Position numbers and translations under genes: made by a program
Shown here: one piece after another, positions 25,720 through 29,681 of the stretch
Layout of the letters: each line of letters starts with the position of its first letter
How positions within the stretch are numbered: position 1 is the stretch's first letter
The notes under the pieces: generated by a model
Database searches by the model: none
Told to the model about the DNA's origin: nothing
What the model saw: only the letters and a program-made list of their open reading frames with translations
NCBI GenBank assembly: GCA_030065265.1
Contig: JASJCW010000031.1
Coordinates: forward strand, 1-29,681
Source: Prochloraceae cyanobacterium
GTDB lineage: Bacteria > Cyanobacteriota > Cyanobacteriia > Cyanobacteriales > JASJDA01
Direction of reading: 5' to 3'
DNA: 29,681 bases

Positions 25720-27543
25720 ATGAACGAAACAATTCTAAGAAAAACAAAACCATCTATTTTTGTTTTTGCAACTTTACTAGCCGTTACTGCAGCAAAAAGC
25801 ACTTTAGCTCAAAACGTTAATATTAGCGATGCGATCGCCCAAGAAGGCAATCCTTTAACTTTCGATCTCACTTTATCAACTCCCAGCACTGGCAATATCG
25901 TACTTAATCTTAATACTACCGACATTAATGCTGCGGGAAATATAGACTATCAAAATAATAATTTTCAGTTTAGTATTGATGGCGGTACTAACTTTCAACC
26001 TGGTGGAGGAACAAATGGCACGGAAATTACTATTCCTAGCGGAGTAACTAACATTCAAGTACAAATTGATAGTATTGCAGATAGCAACCTCGAACTAGAT
26101 GAAACTTTTACTTTGAGGGTAGCTAATTTAGTTAGCGGTACGGTAGACAATATTACAGATACGGGTACGGGGACGATCGCCGATTTTAATTCTACTAGCG
26201 TGAGTTGTCCGACTCCTTCAGTGCTAATTATCGGCAATCCTTCGCGTCGATCGCTTTACGATTTAACTAATGCGACAATCGATCCCGGTACTCCTATTAC
26301 GGGTTTAGATCCTGGGGTTACTTTAAACGCGACTGGTTTTAATATTATCGATCGCTATTTTTACGGATTAGAAGATGTCAACGGCGATCGCAGTCTTTAT
26401 CGTTTTGATAGCTTTGGCAATGCCCTAAAATTAGGAGAAATTGCTAGTTTAAATTTCGGCCGCTATAATTCTGGAGATATCGATTTAGATGGCTATTATT
26501 ACGCCAGTAATAGCGGGAGAACTTTAATTGAAGTTCTCGATCTCAATCCCAATCGCAGCACTTATTTAACTAAAATTGCTACTATTACTTCTCCGATTAC
26601 TTTAAGCTCTGATTTAGCCGTCAGTCCGATCGACAATCGGATCTATTTCATTCGCAACAATCGCGATTTGTGGTCTTTGGAAATAGATTTAGCAACCCAA
26701 TCAGTTATAAGTTCGATTAATTTCGGGCAAACTAATTTTCCGGGAACGACATCCGTAGCAACTGGTGCGGCTTTTTTTGATGTTGATGGAAATTTTTACG
26801 CATATAATAACCGGACTGGAGATTTATTAAGATTTCCAACTCAACCGACTGTTTCAACTACCGGTCAATTCATCGGTCAAGGGAGTATTGTAAATAATAA
26901 TGATGGAACTCGCTGTTCGATCGCTCCGGTTGTCCCGACTTTAACTGCTCCTGAATTAATTCTTGTCAAGCGGATCGCGGCTATTAACGGAAATATCCTT
27001 ACTAATGGAGGTCAAGATCTAAGTATTTTTAATAACGATTTTAACGACCTCAACGATAACAATCCTAACTGGCCGACTCCTTTAAATACTTTCCTCAGAG
27101 GTGGAATTAATGGCGGTTTAGTTCGGCCGGGAGACGAAGTAGAATATATAATTTATTTTCTCTCATCTGGCGTTGGAGCGGTCAGAAACGTCAAAATATG
27201 CAGCGTGCTTCCAACCAATACTAATTTTGTTGCCGATGCTTTTGGGATTAATAGCGGCATTGCTTTAGCTAACAGTAATAGCATTTTACCGATCGCACCA
27301 ACAGATTTATTAACTAATAATATTAACGACGATCGGGGTAATTTTTATCCACCATTTTCTCAAACTCCCGATGTTTGTAAAGATCCGAATAATTTAACCA
27401 ATCCTCTAACTGCTGCGAATAATACTAACGGTGCGGTAGTCGTCAATGTTGTCAGCGATCCGGTTATTTTAGACAATGCAATTGCACCGGGAAATCCCGC
27501 TAATTCTTACGGTTTTATTCGCTTTAAAGTTCGCATTGAGTAA
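25720..27543 (+). CDS. Secreted surface protein: signal peptide + Calx-beta domain + beta-propeller-like middle + C-terminal DUF11-type repeat domain
   Basis: Start moved to ATG 25720 (MNETILRKTKPSIFVFATLLAVTAAKSTLAQ is a Sec signal). The Calx-beta signature reads DAIAQEGNPLTFDLTLSTPSTGNIVLNLNTTD..AGNIDYQ......DETFTLRVANL. The C-terminus LILVKRIAAING...VRPGDEVEYIIYFLSSGVGAVRNVKICSVLPTNTNFV matches the DUF11 pattern (pGd.v.Y.i...N.G...a.nv.i.d.lP). Confidence 0.7.
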   Translation: MNETILRKTKPSIFVFATLLAVTAAKSTLAQNVNISDAIAQEGNPLTFDLTLSTPSTGNIVLNLNTTDINAAGNIDYQNNNFQFSIDGGTNFQPGGGTNGTEITIPSGVTNIQVQIDSIADSNLELDETFTLRVANLVSGTVDNITDTGTGTIADFNSTSVSCPTPSVLIIGNPSRRSLYDLTNATIDPGTPITGLDPGVTLNATGFNIIDRYFYGLEDVNGDRSLYRFDSFGNALKLGEIASLNFGRYNSGDIDLDGYYYASNSGRTLIEVLDLNPNRSTYLTKIATITSPITLSSDLAVSPIDNRIYFIRNNRDLWSLEIDLATQSVISSINFGQTNFPGTTSVATGAAFFDVDGNFYAYNNRTGDLLRFPTQPTVSTTGQFIGQGSIVNNNDGTRCSIAPVVPTLTAPELILVKRIAAINGNILTNGGQDLSIFNNDFNDLNDNNPNWPTPLNTFLRGGINGGLVRPGDEVEYIIYFLSSGVGAVRNVKICSVLPTNTNFVADAFGINSGIALANSNSILPIAPTDLLTNNINDDRGNFYPPFSQTPDVCKDPNNLTNPLTAANNTNGAVVVNVVSDPVILDNAIAPGNPANSYGFIRFKVRIE

Positions 27544-27582
27544 GCGATCTTAATTTATTTTTTAGGTGCTATAACTCAGCAA

Positions 27583-28992
27583 TTAAATTTTTGAGCGATC
27601 TATAAATAAAACTTTTTTATTTTGCTTTAATCTATCCTTACTTTGATGGAGCAGATTGCGATCGAGATTACCTATTTTATCCGCTTCTATTAAAGATTTC
27701 ATGGCTGGATAATACAGGCTCGGATCGTGAGAAATTAAAATTAAATCTACTCCTGCATTGATGGCTTTTACTGTGGCTATTTTGATACCATCTTTGCTGC
27801 CATAAACTGCTTGCATGCAAAAATCGTCGGTAATTAAAACTCCGTTATATTGCCATCGATCTCTAATTAATCCCCGAACTACTTTGTTAGAAAAAGATAC
27901 CGGATTGAATTCATCTAATGCTTTTAACTTAACGTGAGATAACATAATAAAAGCATCAGAAAATTTAATTATTGTCCGAAATGGTTGCCAGTCATCTCGA
28001 TTTAATAGGGAGATCGGCGTATCTAAATTTGCTTCTGATACGTGAGTATCTTGTTTGACTCGACCCAAACCAGGAAAATGTTTTAAAGTACATCTCACGT
28101 TGAATTTAGATAAACTATTGCAATACCACAAAGCAACTTTTGTAACTATTTTCGGATCTTCTGAAATGGCGCGATCGTAAATTCGAGAATATCGATCTTC
28201 TGGATTAATAATTCCTTTATTAAGATCTACTACTGGAGCAAAATTTAAATTAACTCCAATGTAAGCTAATTCTGCAGCTTTTTCAGTTGCGTATTCAGCG
28301 ATCGCCTCTCTTTTTTGATTAATATTATCTACCTTATCGACAATTTTTGCTAGGGTAGAAATCGGTTTTAAAGGTGGCGATAATCTGGCGATATTTCCCC
28401 CTTCTTGGTCGGTAGCGATCCAGAGCGGAGACAAACCTTGAGAACTGCGAATTTTTTGTAATGAGGCGATTTCTACTTTAACTTCTTCAATCGTTTTATT
28501 GTAAACATTTCGTTGGGTAATAAAAACACCGCCGACCGCTCTTTTTTCTACTAATTGTTTAACTTCGTCATAATTCCAGTAACCGACAATAAAATGTTGA
28601 CCCAAATCTTCTAAACGACTGATATCTTCGCTTAAAATTTGCTGTTTAGTTATCAAAAAGTTGGTTTCTCTTCCGAGGGCGATCGAAGTTCCAGTAGCAG
28701 CTAAAAATATCAATAAAAAACTCACAAATTTTCGCAATTTGTTTTGAATTTTTCTCAGACTATATATTTCTAATAAAATTAACCCCAAACCTAAAAATAA
28801 TATCAGGCCGAATAATAATCCTCGAATTTTTAATAAAGAAGGTTCTCTGAAGATTAAAGCCAAACAGATCGCAGATAAAGCGATAATCAGTTTAAAAATT
28901 TGACTTAAAAATATTGCTAAATTCATTGCATATCTCCAAGAAAGAGGAGCGGTCAATTTTATTGTCTTAGATTGTAAAAAGTTGTCAAACAC
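27583..28992 (-). CDS. nagZ: Beta-N-acetylhexosaminidase (GH3, NagZ-like) with an N-terminal ~110-aa multi-TM anchor
   Basis: GH3 motifs: GGVFITQRN, ATDQEGGNIARL, KHFPGLGRVKQDTHV and VLITDDFCMQAV (catalytic D in the ITDD/KHFPGHG context). The N-terminus has 3 hydrophobic helices (LIIALSAICLALIF, LLFGLILFLGLGLILL, FVSFLLIFLAATGTSIAL). Confidence 0.85.
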   Translation of the reverse strand: MFDNFLQSKTIKLTAPLSWRYAMNLAIFLSQIFKLIIALSAICLALIFREPSLLKIRGLLFGLILFLGLGLILLEIYSLRKIQNKLRKFVSFLLIFLAATGTSIALGRETNFLITKQQILSEDISRLEDLGQHFIVGYWNYDEVKQLVEKRAVGGVFITQRNVYNKTIEEVKVEIASLQKIRSSQGLSPLWIATDQEGGNIARLSPPLKPISTLAKIVDKVDNINQKREAIAEYATEKAAELAYIGVNLNFAPVVDLNKGIINPEDRYSRIYDRAISEDPKIVTKVALWYCNSLSKFNVRCTLKHFPGLGRVKQDTHVSEANLDTPISLLNRDDWQPFRTIIKFSDAFIMLSHVKLKALDEFNPVSFSNKVVRGLIRDRWQYNGVLITDDFCMQAVYGSKDGIKIATVKAINAGVDLILISHDPSLYYPAMKSLIEADKIGNLDRNLLHQSKDRLKQNKKVLFIDRSKI

Positions 28993-29145
28993 AATTTTAA
29001 GTTTCAGTATTTTGGATTACAAATCAACTAATTTAAGATTTTTTTTATTAATTTGAGAATTGCAAGTGTTAAGATACAGGATAAAAACTAGCAGTTGAAT
29101 TAATATATTTACATAATAAAAAAATAATATTTTTCCAAGCGATCG

Positions 29146-29681
29146 ATGAAACAAAACAGCTTACAACCAATAGATAAAATATCCCTGAGTGTCATATTTA
29201 TTTTAAGTATTGTTATTGTCATTTTATTAGGAAGCGGCAAAATTTGTGAGAATAATAACTGCTTCTTTCATACAGGGCCGACAGTTAAAAAATTTAGCTG
29301 GCAAGATAAAGAAATAAGTGCTAAAGATACTGCATTTGTGATTACATTCGATCGCCCGATGAATCGAGCTAGCGTCGAAAAAAATCTAGTTATCGATCCG
29401 CCCTTACCAGGTAAAATAAGCTGGGCAGGAAGAAGACTGGCCTATACTTTAGACAATCCAGCACCCTACGGATTAAAATACAAAGTTTTTCTTGAAGGAG
29501 CAACAGGAAACTATCAAGTAGCAGAAGAGATAGAGCCATTTGTTGGCAAATTTAAAACCCGCGATCGCGCTTTTGCTTACATCGGTAGCGAAGGAAAAGA
29601 ACAAGGGAGATTGATACTTTATAATTTTACAAATAAAACAAAAACCTTACTAACACCGCAAGAATTAACGGTATTTGACTT
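29146..29681 (+). CDS. Partial CDS (N-terminal 178 aa, continues beyond the window): exported protein with an N-terminal TM/signal and SbsA-Ig-like / TolB-like beta-propeller features
   Basis: ATG at 29146 with an open frame to the end of the window (no stop). MKQNSLQPIDKISLSVIFILSIVIVILLG is a signal anchor. VITFDRPMNRASVEKNLVIDPPLPGKISWAGRRLAYTL resembles bacterial Ig-like (Big_5/SbsA) domains. AYIGSEGKEQGRLILYNFTNKTKTLLT resembles PD40/TolB propeller blades. Confidence 0.5.
   Translation, partial: MKQNSLQPIDKISLSVIFILSIVIVILLGSGKICENNNCFFHTGPTVKKFSWQDKEISAKDTAFVITFDRPMNRASVEKNLVIDPPLPGKISWAGRRLAYTLDNPAPYGLKYKVFLEGATGNYQVAEEIEPFVGKFKTRDRAFAYIGSEGKEQGRLILYNFTNKTKTLLTPQELTVFD

Noticed and set aside
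16055-29681. Mobile element, prophage or defense island hypothesis for the TerD/MTase/SPFH region
   Set aside because: No integrase, transposase, tRNA target, or terminal inverted or direct repeats were found. No recognisable restriction, abortive-infection or toxin-antitoxin domains. The TerD and SPFH modules are better explained as stress-response genes. A defense role cannot be excluded but is not supported by sequence.

Overview
This 29.7-kb window is cyanobacterial chromosomal DNA. The octamer GCGATCGC (HIP1) recurs dozens of times, overall GC is low, and the protein families are typical of cyanobacteria. I found no tRNA, rRNA, CRISPR array, transposase or integrase.

The first 16 kb look like a consolidated glucosylglycerol (GG) compatible-solute island. 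It contains:
- the C-terminal fragment of a family-1 sugar ABC substrate-binding protein;
- a GPH/sucrose-transporter-like H+ symporter;
- a 1090-aa membrane protein (TLC/MFS-like domain + HEAT repeats + cNMP-binding domain) whose stop codon overlaps the start of a GG-phosphate phosphatase candidate (TAATG overlap);
- GG-phosphate synthase GgpS (GT20);
- glycerol kinase GlpK;
- a GH13-like hydrolase that is a candidate GG hydrolase (GghA);
- FAD-dependent glycerol-3-phosphate dehydrogenase GlpD;
- a tightly coupled 505-aa GpsA-like protein with a degenerate NAD motif.

The remainder holds:
- a SAM-methyltransferase + coiled-coil membrane protein pair;
- a tandem array of four TerD-family paralogs;
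- a solitary lpxD;
- an SPFH (YdjI/COG4260-like) + double-zinc-ribbon (YdjG-like) pair carrying tandem C-terminal DUF4339/GYF-like domains;
- a secreted Calx-beta/DUF11 protein;
- a membrane-anchored NagZ-like GH3 enzyme;
- a partial periplasmic protein running off the 3' end.

The most interesting candidates are the cyclic-nucleotide-binding TLC/HEAT protein coupled to GG synthesis, the degenerate GpsA-like protein coupled to glpD, and a relic of a methyltransferase 3' end that now forms a terminator hairpin. All functional calls rest on remembered family motifs, because no database search was possible.
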